Notes: a model not told the origin generated them from the sequence alone. Numbered from the stretch's first letter, positions 38,867-50,319 are shown. The stretch: DNA of 53,224 nt from Nemertoderma westbladi (GCA_032718475.1 JAUCBJ010000638.1:1-53224), one strand, 5' to 3'. Made by a program: numbers and translations.

Positions 38867-39822
38867 GGTTCAACCCCCCGTTGTGACGCGTTTTCTCATT
38901 TTTTCCACTTCTGAACAAAACCATAATATTACACAGTTATAATTAATTACCCAATTCATATGCATTAGAAAAGCCAGCAAGCTGGCTATAAGAAGCCCGT
39001 CCATAGACAAACGTAACGTAGTGTAATTGTGTCCCTCCACATTGAACAGCTTGGCTTACAGTCTGAGAGAGAGTAATCCAAGGAGTAATCCCAGCCCCTA
39101 AATCTCATTATTAACCTATAAAACATTTAAACGGCCCAGTGCTTACAATTCAATCAGCTGGCCGCCCACCTAACATAGCAGTGAGTAAACCTTATAGATA
39201 TCCCCATAGGATTCACTGGGAAGAGCTATTCAGCTGGCGGGGTAATACATTACAAACTGACAGTTGATGTTTGCTTATTTTCTGGGAAAGAATGAGAGGT
39301 AATGTTTTTTCCACATCCTGGGGTTAACCTGCGTCGATTAATATAACTTTCATTGATCGACGAGCGATAGCTTAGGATAAGTTCATCTGACTGATATACA
39401 TACATAGTGAATATTTTTACTGTAAGAATCCGAACTGTCTTCTAATAATGGGATTTAGGCCTACATCAATGGGTTCCTTTTGTAATAAGCTGCGCAGCTT
39501 TTGGGGTAATGGGCTATATCCTATGTTATGTTGGACATATACATTTTCGGTGTATTGTTATTGTTTTACGTAATATCTATCTATCTATATTTACCTATTC
39601 CATACCCATTTATTATAATCAAATAGACCAAACAATATCGTTGCAAGTGGTAACTATATGGGCATGCAATAACGAGGCTTTAGGTTCAAAATACCGTGTG
39701 GTACTGATCAATGTTCCGGCGCAGACATCTTTCATATTTCTTCACTGGTCAATAAAATTACAAACTATGGAAGAGCGAGCCTGGGCGGAAGAGCTTAGTG
39801 CGGAAACCAACATGACTGTATA

Positions 39823-40060
39823 CGGTGGCTGATTACGGCCAATTATTTCAAATTTTTTAATGCTTTTCTCCCGGGTGATAAATGTTTTTCACCCGGGTGA
39901 TAAATGTTTTTCACCCGGGTGATAAATGTTTTTCACCAAGGTGATAAATGTTTTTCACCAAGGTGATAAATGTTTTTCACCCGGGTGATAAATGTTTTTC
40001 ACCGGGGGAAAATAAAATAATTTAAAAAATGGAAATAATTGCCCGCAATCAGCCTCACCG
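39823..40060. mobile_element. MITE with TA TSD and internal 22-bp tandem repeats
   Basis: ~40-bp TIRs CGGTGGCTGATTACGGCCAATTATTTC / GAAATAATTGCCCGCAATCAGCCTCACCG flanked by TA; about six copies of CCGGGTGATAAATGTTTTTCAC. Confidence 0.8.
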
Positions 40061-40933
40061 TACATGTACTACTTCTACTTATTTGCTGCGAAATAAACTT
40101 TCGGTCACAAACACATTATTTGCGGACACATAAATATTTTACACATGTACGTACATGCGCGTGATTTAGAACATTAAGTTTGAATTATCATTCACCCAAG
40201 TTAACTTATTTCTAATGTTTTTATAGAGTGATAAACACAAACATAATTTACCGCTCTTTTTAGTTTTATTGACAGTGTTATTGGTGGTGGGCTTAACAGT
40301 TGTACATTTCGATATAAATGTAAAATGTTAATCGGCGGTGATGGTTCTTTACCATATAGAACAACACATGTTGTGTTTTACGAGATCCGTTATCAAGTTG
40401 GGTGTGAATATTGGTGGTAGTGTATCGACTACCCCCCCCCCCCCCCACACCCCCTCCCCTAACACGTTTACTGTAGTAAAAGTGTAATATTAATATAGTA
40501 AGTCTAACTGTTGGAATACAACAGCGCGGAATCGATATCTGTAATTATGTTGTTATGCAGTATTGTTTATATATAGTCTTACATAATAACATTCAGTATG
40601 GATCATCAGCTCTCATTTTACCGAATATATTCGATAACTTAATTCAACATTTTATAATTCAGTTACCTATTCCGTAACTCTCATCATATACATACAAATT
40701 GTAAACCTTCTATTATTTAAAATTGTAAAAACGGTCTTTCACCATCTGGAGCACACACATAGGTCCACATTTAAAAATAACATTATTAATATCGGATTAT
40801 TACCAAAACAATAAAAGAAAGACAATGGAACTGGTTAGTTTTATTTTTGCGTGTTATCAGCTGTTATTTAAGCGTCTATTTTCTCTTCGAGAGGTTTGAA
40901 TTTAGGTTGCGTCCCAAGTCCCTCTAATCGTTT

Positions 40934-41185
40934 GTAAACGCTACGTCTACACTACACTACAGCTACGCCTATTTCCTACACATACAGGTACCGTAAGCCT
41001 GTAGGCCTATACATCTGATTGTTGATTCTCAAGCTGTTGATTCTTAATTCAATTTGGGTTTTCTACAATATTCCTAACTCTCGTTTATTGTTTTGGTTCC
41101 TTTCAACCCGCCTCTGTAACCTCTGCTTCATTACTAGAAGGTGTAGGTGTGGAAGTGTATAAGCGTAGGTAGGCGTAGCGTTTAC
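40934..41185. mobile_element. Short MITE-like element
   Basis: Inverted ends GTAAACGCTACGTCTAC / GTAGGCGTAGCGTTTAC. Confidence 0.45.
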
Positions 41186-41969
41186 TGGTCATTTATTAAG
41201 TAATTCTAAAAAAAATAATGTTGATTATTTTTCAAATTGTCACTTCAAAATTAATTTAACAGCAATGATAATGGACAGACATGAGACAGACTCCAGAAAA
41301 TACAATAGTTCATACTATGCTGTGCCACCATGTACTCTTCAAATTTAGGAAAAAAATTCGAAAAATTATATTTCCCAGAATTTTTTAGATTGCGAGGGAG
41401 CTGGATTTATTTAGCTAAGGGTTTCTGAAACGGCTGCTATAAGCTTCATATATATATGAATTTGTAACTCAATGAAAAACAGAATCAAATAAATTAAATT
41501 TTGGTCTGTTATTCATGGCACTTAGCAGACAGCAGTAATAGCTCATGTCAAAGTTAATGATGGAATGTTAGCCTCAACATCATTAAAACTGACATTTTTA
41601 TACGAATTACATTTCGTTACTAGAGTGAAGTTAACTTGGGTTTATAAAATTTATAAAAAACATAAGCTAGACTAGCAACTGAATATATTATTTAGGATAT
41701 ATATATATTAATCCATTTAATCCCTTTAATTCATTTATTTATTTTGAACAGGCATTTTTGCTGTATAAATATAATTTTATATAAGTTTAGAGTTCCTGGA
41801 ACATGCTAGTTTTGTCTATAAAATATAACCGCTCAAAGAAAATGATTTTACTTACGTGTTATAATTTATTAATAATATATATAAATAATTCATAAACCAT
41901 AAACCCTTTCGAAACTCACCGACAATATTTGTTATATGATGCAATGAATGGTACATTGAAACTAATTCT

Positions 41970-42100
41970 ATGGTGTATATTCCGCATTCAATAATATTTA
42001 TTGTAATAATTTCACAAGTTGTTACTTCCACTGATGCTCAACACAGTTCAGGCAATCCAGGTAGTCTACATGACTTGAATGGGTTGTTGAACCATACAAA
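41970..42100 (+). CDS. Inferred first coding exon (signal peptide + short ectodomain) of an orphan type-I membrane protein
   Basis: ATG at 41970 reads MVYIPHSIIFIVIISQVVTSTDAQHSSGNPGSLHDLNGLLNHT(K) to a consensus GTAAGT donor at 42101, phase 2, compatible with the acceptor at 50319. Confidence 0.55.
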
Positions 42101-42447
42101 GTAAGTGCTGAATTACTGGAATATGTAAACAATAAAAATGACATGTGGTCTTATTCCTGTTAGTAGTATAGGCTTGGGCGGTGGTATAGGATCAATTATA
42201 GGGCCTAGCCCCTTAATATAAAAGGGCGGTAAATTTAAACTGAATATATTTAGATATATAATTAACTACTTATTAGCCTAGGGTAATATTGCAGTACCGG
42301 TAGATTGGTACCGTCTGACCGTAATGAACCGGATTACATATATAAGATTATTGCTTATATTCCAATAACTTTATGCCTATCTATAAATAACAATAATATA
42401 GACGTTATATTGCTGGTTATTGCCCTGTCTTACTTATTATCATACTA

Positions 42448-42459
42448 TGGCGCTGCGAG
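42448..42459 (+). promoter_or_regulatory. Primer binding site (probably tRNA-Ser)
   Basis: TGGCGCTGCGAG directly after the 5' LTR, complementary to a tRNA 3' end ...GCAGCGCCA. Confidence 0.75.
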
Positions 42460-42585
42460 TTGTTGACCTCAGTTAGAAGATGAAATTCTAAGGCGATAAC
42501 AACATAACTAACATATTGAGGGGAAATAATAATTTCTGAATCTATACAAAAATAAACCAGGTCAGTCCAAAAAGTAAGTTACATA

Positions 42586-44547
42586 ATGTCAGCATCACGT
42601 GTCGAGGTCTCAAAGCTGAAATCTTCAAGAGCAGGTTATAAATCAGCCTGTACAAGATCCTCAAACATGTTTGATAATGCTGTACTGGAGTATGACTGGG
42701 ATGAAGACCCGGATTACTTGGAAGTCCTTGTTGAAGATTGGAAAGTTAAGGTAGAAAAGTACCAGACAGCAGAGAATGAGGTTATAGCACATCCTTTGGC
42801 CGAGTCGACGGATGCAGACCCCGAACTTTACAAACACGAGTTGGGTTTGTCAAAGGCGACAGCCAAAGTGCAGGGAATTCGACGGGATCTGGAAGCCCGG
42901 CGAACTCAACAAGGAATAAATAACTCTACAGCTAACATGAGTATATCTAACCCTCTATTACCAGACAACGTACAACCCATTTCTCAGGAGTTGCCACGTT
43001 TTTCGGCTAAATGCCCACAAAGTCTGGAGGAAGATATCGACTTCCGGGGGTTTAAGGCATGGCAAGCATTATGGGAAAATTATGCAGCTTTAATGGAACT
43101 AGGAAAGAGACCAAGAACGGTACAGGTATCGGCCTTATGGGAATGCTGCTCACCTGGGTTCCTCCGCACTGTACATAACACTTTAGGTATCCCAGCAAAC
43201 ACCAGTCGCGATGTCAGTGACATATTGGAGACAATAATTCGACATCTTCGAGAATTATGTAATCGCCATGTGGATATGAAAGACTTGTTAGCTGTTAGAC
43301 AAAAAGACAACCAGTCTATTGTCCATCTTTGCAATGAAATTGTAGAGTTAGGGGACTATGCAGATACTGCAGCAATAACACAAGATCGTCTGCATACATC
43401 ATTACTGGTGCAAGCCATTCAAAGCGACGAGGATCGAGCTAAGCTAATGGCAAAAGACCCACCAGATTTTGCTGCAGCACGAACATTCCTTACAAATCTG
43501 GAAACATCTCGAAAAGGGGCACACCAGATTGGTCAGGATTCAGGTGGGTCAAATTATAATAGCTGCGGGGTATATGCAAAGAAACCTACAGCGTACAAAA
43601 CACGCCAAACAGCAGGTCCTGTGGGGAACTTTTCTTCTGGAAAAGCAGTTTGCTCACATTGCGGAGAATATCGATCGGGCCAACATACCTGCCCAGCCCG
43701 GAAAGCAATATGCACAATTTGTAATAAAAAAGGACACTTTGGAACAGTATGCCGCAAAAATCCAAGGAGGCTAAGCGTAAGTCATTTAGATTCTCTTACT
43801 ATAGCATCTACGAAACGGACCTCTGACTATTTACCTGTAACAATTACCATAGAAAATGGTGAGAGGTATGCTCACCCAGCTTGGCCCGATACTGGGGCAG
43901 GGGTTACAGTTATGGGGATATCTGATTTTAAACACTCAGGATTGGCTGAAAGGATTTATCTTCAGCCACCTCTTAGACTGGAGATTTTAGCCATTGATAA
44001 TAAGCCCCTCATTCAAGCTGGGACATTTCAGGCAGCATTATCGGCAAATGGTTACAGTGTACAAGACACAATAGTTGTTTGTTATAATATTGAAGGTTTC
44101 TATTTATCTTTGGAAGTATGCAAGGGATTCGCAATTGCTAACCACGACTTTCCACAACCACTACAAAAAACTAAACCTACTCCTAACGAAACCATTTTTG
44201 GTAATGGGAGTAAGATTGGGTCTGAGTCAGTCCAGGCTACGGCAGAAGATACTGCTGATATAAATTCTTTGACTTTTAATTATAATAACAATGAGTCGGG
44301 TTTCAATATAATAGATGAATCCAAATCATTAAAATTGGAACCACGCAAACTAGATAAAGAAATATGGTCTGAAAGAGAAACCTGGATAACTACATTACCC
44401 AATGAACCAACATCGAAAACATTTATGGAGGTTTCAGAAATGCTTCATATAAAGTATGCAGTAGTTTTTGATGACACAGATACGTTGAAGCCTATGTGTG
44501 GACCGGTAGTAGGAGAGCCAATGAAATTTACCGCCCTTTTATATTAA
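42586..44547 (+). CDS. gag-pro: Gypsy Gag-protease, truncated at the start of RT
   Basis: Tandem knuckles CSHCG...HTCPARKAICTICNKKGHFGTVC (Mag-type); protease motif PDTGA; ends just after YAVVFDD...EPMK. Confidence 0.9.
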   Translation: MSASRVEVSKLKSSRAGYKSACTRSSNMFDNAVLEYDWDEDPDYLEVLVEDWKVKVEKYQTAENEVIAHPLAESTDADPELYKHELGLSKATAKVQGIRRDLEARRTQQGINNSTANMSISNPLLPDNVQPISQELPRFSAKCPQSLEEDIDFRGFKAWQALWENYAALMELGKRPRTVQVSALWECCSPGFLRTVHNTLGIPANTSRDVSDILETIIRHLRELCNRHVDMKDLLAVRQKDNQSIVHLCNEIVELGDYADTAAITQDRLHTSLLVQAIQSDEDRAKLMAKDPPDFAAARTFLTNLETSRKGAHQIGQDSGGSNYNSCGVYAKKPTAYKTRQTAGPVGNFSSGKAVCSHCGEYRSGQHTCPARKAICTICNKKGHFGTVCRKNPRRLSVSHLDSLTIASTKRTSDYLPVTITIENGERYAHPAWPDTGAGVTVMGISDFKHSGLAERIYLQPPLRLEILAIDNKPLIQAGTFQAALSANGYSVQDTIVVCYNIEGFYLSLEVCKGFAIANHDFPQPLQKTKPTPNETIFGNGSKIGSESVQATAEDTADINSLTFNYNNNESGFNIIDESKSLKLEPRKLDKEIWSERETWITTLPNEPTSKTFMEVSEMLHIKYAVVFDDTDTLKPMCGPVVGEPMKFTALLY

Positions 44548-44625
44548 GGGGCTAGGCCCTATAATTGATCCTATACAGTTATTACAGACCACAAACCCCT
44601 TGAATCGTTATTCAATAAATACAGT

Positions 44626-46164
44626 ATGGCTGAAATCGAGAATCCCAAGGTACAGGCTTATCGTGCTAAACTTGCAACATACAATTTTACTGTGTCATTG
44701 AGGAAAGGATCGAAACATGCGATTCCTGACGCATTATCGAGAGCCCCAGTCAGTGATCCAGAAGAAGATGACATGACCCCAGTTCATAATCATGAATCTC
44801 AGATCCATGTGAACGTAATCCAACAAGCAATATCCGATGTTGTTCCAGATCTCATATTGGATTCTCTTAGAGCCCAAGCGAACATCTGTAAGGATTACAG
44901 GGCCTTAGTAGAGGCAGTCATAAATGGGTCAGTTGCGGATAACTCTAATTCTTATATCCGTCAATTTAGTAAAATTTCTGAGGAGCTCTCAGTGGATAAA
45001 ACAAGTTCGGGTTCACTTGTGTTCCGGGGCCCACGTATTATCATACCTCCCAATGCCATAAAGGATGTCCTAAAACGACTGCATGTCAGTCATCAAGGAA
45101 TTCAGAAGACTCAACGTCGAGCCCGTCAGGCAGTATATTGGCCCGGTATTTCGAACAACATTAAGACAACTTTAGATTCGTGTGAACAATGCCAACGGTC
45201 TCATTCCTCAAATCCACCAGAACCTCTTATCCAAGAACAAGCTATGCCCACTAGACCATTCGAAATGGCTACCTCGGACCTATTTCAATATGGAGGGCGA
45301 CATTACTTAGTATATGCGGATAGATGTTCAGGGTATCCTCTAGTAGATAAATTCGATCATGATCCCACTGCTTCAGAGGTTGTCTCCATCCTTCGATATA
45401 ATTTTGCTCTTATGGGTATTCCAAATATTTTACGCAGCGATAGAGGACCACAATATAAGGCTTATTTAACTCAACAGTTCCTCAAGGAATGGGGTGTTGT
45501 GTGGAGGCCTTCATTTCCTTACCATCCACAAAGCAATGGACATGAGGAAATGATTGTCAAGATGGTTAAGGGCCTTCTAGCCAAAAGTGGTGGTGATATC
45601 AACAGCAATGATTTCCTCAGTGGATTGTTAGAGTTGCGAAATGGTCCACGGGCAGATGGTTTATCACCAGCCCAACGAATATTTGGAAGACCATTGCGTT
45701 CCCGAGTTCCCTCTAATAAGGAATCATACATCCCAGACCATTCATCACAATTTGACATTGCGAATGAAAAACGCATCATAAATGACCAAAAGAGAAAAGT
45801 TTATTACGACTACTCCACAACCCCACTCGTAGAAATCCCAAAGGGCGACCTTGTTCGGGTACAGAACCCAAAGACCACACATTGGGATCGTTTGGCTGAA
45901 GTTATACGCAGCGAACAAAACAAACGTTGCTATCTACTTCGATTTGAAAATGGACATTCGTTATGGCGTAATAGAAGACACCTAAGACAAGTGCTGAAAG
46001 ACCTAAGAACACCAAATGATATAAAGGCATCTCCATCCATACCACTATCTGGAGAGAAGGGAGAGTCAACGATAATGGACCAGAAAGTACAAAAGGATTC
46101 ACCACAACGTGAACGAATGATACCAAATCGTTTAAACTATCATCACTTTGGTGGCAGTAACTAA
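44626..46164 (+). CDS. int: Gypsy RNase H tail + integrase
   Basis: Preceded in frame by TVITDHKPL; KGSKHAIPDALSR; HHCC (LHVSHQG...CEQC); catalytic D (SDLF), D (SDRGPQY), E (SNGHEE). Confidence 0.92.
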   Translation: MAEIENPKVQAYRAKLATYNFTVSLRKGSKHAIPDALSRAPVSDPEEDDMTPVHNHESQIHVNVIQQAISDVVPDLILDSLRAQANICKDYRALVEAVINGSVADNSNSYIRQFSKISEELSVDKTSSGSLVFRGPRIIIPPNAIKDVLKRLHVSHQGIQKTQRRARQAVYWPGISNNIKTTLDSCEQCQRSHSSNPPEPLIQEQAMPTRPFEMATSDLFQYGGRHYLVYADRCSGYPLVDKFDHDPTASEVVSILRYNFALMGIPNILRSDRGPQYKAYLTQQFLKEWGVVWRPSFPYHPQSNGHEEMIVKMVKGLLAKSGGDINSNDFLSGLLELRNGPRADGLSPAQRIFGRPLRSRVPSNKESYIPDHSSQFDIANEKRIINDQKRKVYYDYSTTPLVEIPKGDLVRVQNPKTTHWDRLAEVIRSEQNKRCYLLRFENGHSLWRNRRHLRQVLKDLRTPNDIKASPSIPLSGEKGESTIMDQKVQKDSPQRERMIPNRLNYHHFGGSN

Positions 46165-46803
46165 CTCATTTAAAAAAAAAAAAAAAAAAAAAGGACTTGG
46201 TATAGGATCAATTATAGGGCCTAGCCCCTTAATATAAAAGGGCGGTAAATTTAAACTGAATATATTTAGATATATAATTAACTACTTTTTAGCCTAGGAT
46301 AATATTGCAGTACCGGTAGGTTGGTACCGTCTGACTGTAATGAACCGGATTACATATATAAGATAATTGCTTATATTCCAATAACTTTATGCCTATCTAT
46401 AAATAACAATAATATAGACATTATATTGCTGGTTATTGCCCTGTCTTACTTATTATCATACTAGGCGGCTTTGTGACAGTTAGACCCAACTGACTGGCGC
46501 CAGACTGTCTGGGTGACACCTCCTAATTAGACCCTAATTGATAGGTGTCATCAATTAATTAGTACAATTAAACCCTAAGGTGTCTTACGACTCCTAATTA
46601 GGGTTTAATTGATTATCCTAATTAATCAATCCGATATGCAATGGTGTCAGTGTTGTCTAACCGTACACCTAGAGGCCCAAGAGGGTGTCATAAGTGACAC
46701 CGCAGCTCTTTTATATATTAAATCTTATTTATTTATATTTAATTTTAATTTATTTAATTGTATTTATATTTACTTTATTTATTTGTATTTAATTTTAAAT
46801 TAA

Positions 46804-47943
46804 GGGGGGGGGGGGGGGGGTAGCGCATTTTCAGACCAAAAAGTCGAATTTTTGAAACATATCCTATCTGATGGAGAATTTCATGCTGAATCCAAATATG
46901 GAAACCGTTTTCCCATATCTTGCTTAGTTTTCGAGATATCTGGGATAGAAGATACTGGCTCCGATGTATCGCGATATCGGTAAAGGAGATGAAGTTTGGG
47001 GTTTGCATTCAATTTCTGAATATTTCTGTGCTCAGTGGTGCTAATTGGATGTCTCCACGAGAAAGAGCACAAAATTTTAATTGAGAAGATATTTTTTTAT
47101 GATTATTGGACCTACTGATCAGTTTATAAGACAACTTCAAGTCTCCGGAATGAAGACGGGACTCGAATAAGCGACTCTGCGGTCTTTGCGGGATTACACG
47201 GAATAGACTTATCGGTCATCGGAGATCTTCAAAATGTATAATCTCCAGTTCTAGTGGTCGTACGAAGTTCGTTTTGGGCTCATTCGAAAGCTCTTTTCTC
47301 AGAGACCAAAGTTACCATTTGGTTTGGCAAACTCTTGAAAGCTGCCTGAGCAATCATAACTTGAACAAAATTTGCAAGGCATATTTTACCCAAATTCATG
47401 TTATGTTGCTTTACAACCATTTTGTCTTAAATCAAATGGTAACTTTGTTCTCTAAGAAAAGAGCTTTCGAATGAGCCTAAAACGAACTTCGTACGACCAC
47501 TAGAACTGGAGATTATACATTTTGAAGATCTCCGATGACCAATAAGTCTATTCCGTGTAATCGCGCAAAGACCGCAGAGTCGCTTATTCGAGTCCAGTCT
47601 TCATTCCGGAGACTTGAAGTTGTCTTATAAACTGATCAGTAGGTCCAATAATCATAAAAAAATACCTTCTCAATTAAAATTTTGTGCTCTTTCTCGTGGA
47701 GACATCCAATTGGCACCACTGAGCACAGAAATATGCAGAAATTGAATGCAAACCCCAAACTTCATCGCCTTTACCGATATCGCGATATATCGGAGCCAGT
47801 ATCTTCTATCCCAGATATCTCGAAAACTAAGCAAGATATCGGAAAACGGTTTCCATATTTGGATTCAGCATGAAATTCTGCATCAGATAGGATATGTTTC
47901 AAAAATTCGTCTTTTTGGTCAGAAAATGCGCTACCCCCGGCCC
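46804..47943. mobile_element. 1.14-kb palindromic MITE with TTAA TSD (Kolobok-like termini)
   Basis: TTAA|GGG...CCC|TTAA; ~520-bp near-perfect arms around a ~105-bp spacer; mirrored ORFs 46775-47008(-) and 47746-48069(+). Confidence 0.88.
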
Positions 47944-48749
47944 TTAATTATTCATTTGTACTTTATTTTAGATTTACCAATAATTCGTTTTATATATTGG
48001 TTTCTATATGACCTCATTGACTTTCATCTCGTTAGACATAGGGTATACAACTCCCTTACTGGTAACTAATTACTCTTATCTATATCCAGACAGCTTTATC
48101 GTTGACCTTTGACACCCAATTAGCTTTAACCAAGCAACAGTTTATTAATAATAGTTGTATCCAAGCGCCCCCCCCCCCCCCCCCCTCTCGTGACACCTCT
48201 GATTACTAATTACTCTTACCTATATCCAACCGCCTGCAGTTCCATAGTCTGCCGCTAGAGGGCGTATTATCTGAAAATTAACCTCTTCTCTAACTTTGTT
48301 ATTTTCATTCCGAATAGGTTTAAACTCGGTAGGCATCTACTACGGCATAGGCCATATCTTTTGCGGAGTCATAGAGTAGTCCGAAGTTCCACTGTCTGCC
48401 TCTAGAGGGCGTATTATTTGAAAATTAACATCTTATCTTGCTTTGTTATTTACAATCCGCAAAACTATGAAGTTATATTGCTTAAGAGTTCTAAGGGGCG
48501 AGCCATGAGGCAAGATGTTTGAGACTTATTTAGATATATTATTACTTAATTTTGACCCCCCAGTCGGTATCTATTACAATATGGGCTATATCTTTTACGG
48601 AGACACAGAATAGTCTGAAGTTCCTCAGTCTGCCGCTAGAGGGCGAAATGTCTCAAAGTGAAAACCATATAGTAACCATGAATTGGTTACTAGGCAATAA
48701 TACTGCATTTTGCAAAGTTAGACCTATTGCTGACCGAACGAAAACTGCC

Positions 48750-48818
48750 CTGGTTCATGCGGGGATCGAACCCATGACATGCGGGAGATGTGAATTCAAC
48801 GCAACCACTACACCAAGG
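48750..48818 (-). pseudogene. tRNA-derived SINE head
   Basis: Minus strand TGGTGTAGTGGTT (A box) ... GGTTCGATCCCC (B box); no credible cloverleaf. Confidence 0.5.
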
Positions 48819-48884
48819 TGGAACAGTAACCTTCGAATTTGTTCGTTGACGTTCGAATTTGTAAGACTCTCATTTAAGACCTGA

Positions 48885-49395
48885 CACAGACTATGCCTCA
48901 CTGAGGCATAGACTATGACTCACTGAGGCATAGACTATGCCTCACTGAGGCACTGAGGCATAGACTATGCCTCACTGAGGCACTGAGGCATAGACTATGC
49001 CTCACTGAGGCACTGAGGCTAGACTATGCCTCACTGAGGCATAGACTATGCCTCACTGAGGCACTGAGGCATAGACTATGACTCACTGAGGCATAGACTA
49101 TGCCTCACTGAGGCACTGAGGCATAGACTATGCCTCACTGAGGCACTGAGGCATAGACTATGCCTCACTGAGGCACTGAGGCATAGACTATGCCTCACTG
49201 AGGCACTGAGGCATAGACTATGCCTCACTCACTGAGGCACTGAGGCATAGACTATGCCTCACTGAGGCACTGAGGCATAGACTATGCCTCACTGAGGCAT
49301 AGACTATGCCTCACGTGAGGCATAGACTATGCCTCACTGAGGCATAGTACTATGCCTCACTGAGGCCATAGACTATGCCTTCATTAAATGAGGCA
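48885..49395. repeat. Palindromic 22/30-bp minisatellite
   Basis: Unit CTATGCCTCA-C-TGAGGCATAG-A, with variants carrying an extra CACTGAGG. Confidence 0.95.
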
Positions 49396-50319
49396 ATCGA
49401 GAGCGCTAAATAGTACGAGGTGTGCCCCGATAAATTGTTCATTCATGCGTAACTGGTAACTTAGGCGATAGCTTGTCTTAAGTTTAGGCCCTTCGCTAAC
49501 ATTAACTCCAAAATAGTTACCAGTAAGGGAGCTGTATACTGTATTATTAAAATAAAGTACAAATAAATAATTAATTTAAAATTAAATACAAATAAATAAA
49601 GTAAAATTAAATACAAATAATTAATTAAAATTAAATACAAATAAATAAGTATTAATGAATAAAAGAGCCGCGGTGTCACTTATGACACCCTCTTGGCCCT
49701 CTAGGCGACATTTGGACCACACTGACAATATTGTGTATCGGATTGATTAATTAGGATAATCAATTAAACCCTAATTAGGAGTCGTAAGACACCTATTAGG
49801 GTTTAATTGTACTAATTAATTGATGACACCTGTCAATTAGGGTCTAATGAGCCTAATTAGGAGGTGTCACCCAGACAGTCTGGCGCTAATGACACCCAAT
49901 GACACCCATAGGTGTCATTGGGTGTCACCCAGACAGTCTGGCACCAGTCAGTGGGGTCCAACTGTCACCGAGAGGACCAAGACCCTACTACTACTCCTGT
50001 TTTTCCTGTTGTTATGACATGTGGTCTGATACTACAACTGTTCAGGACATAGCCCTTTGGCTAGGTAGCCACGATTAGTACTTGACATATTCGATGAAAT
50101 GGTATGTCATGTCTACATAATAAATTTAATAAAAATAAGAGATTTTCGGAGATTTAAACCCTGAACCCTGGGATTCGTTGTTATCATCAGCAGCACAAAT
50201 AACACGTCCTATTGCACTACATGAAATAAATAGGTACAGTGGTTCAAGGTACAATAGGTAAATAGGTGTATTAAATCCCTAAAAATAAATTTTCAATCAT
50301 GTATATTTTATTTTTACAG

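Larger units (their letters stand above)
42182..46463 (+). mobile_element. Ty3/Gypsy (Mag-like) LTR retrotransposon lacking RT
   Basis: 266-bp LTRs (42182-42447, 46198-46463); TSD GGCGG (42177-42181, 46464-46468); PBS; A-rich PPT; gag-protease and integrase ORFs. Confidence 0.95.
46473..49968. mobile_element. Foldback-like element with ~330-bp inverted arms, hosting nested repeats
   Basis: 46473-46800 (GTGACAGTTAGACCC...GACACCGCAGCTCTTTTAT + AT-rich repeats) is the reverse complement of ~49540-49968. Confidence 0.85.

Noticed and set aside
46775-48069. Mirror-image ORF pairs
   Set aside because: Produced by the two arms of the palindromic MITE.
48885-49395. CRISPR-like palindromic repeats
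   Set aside because: No spacers; simple minisatellite.
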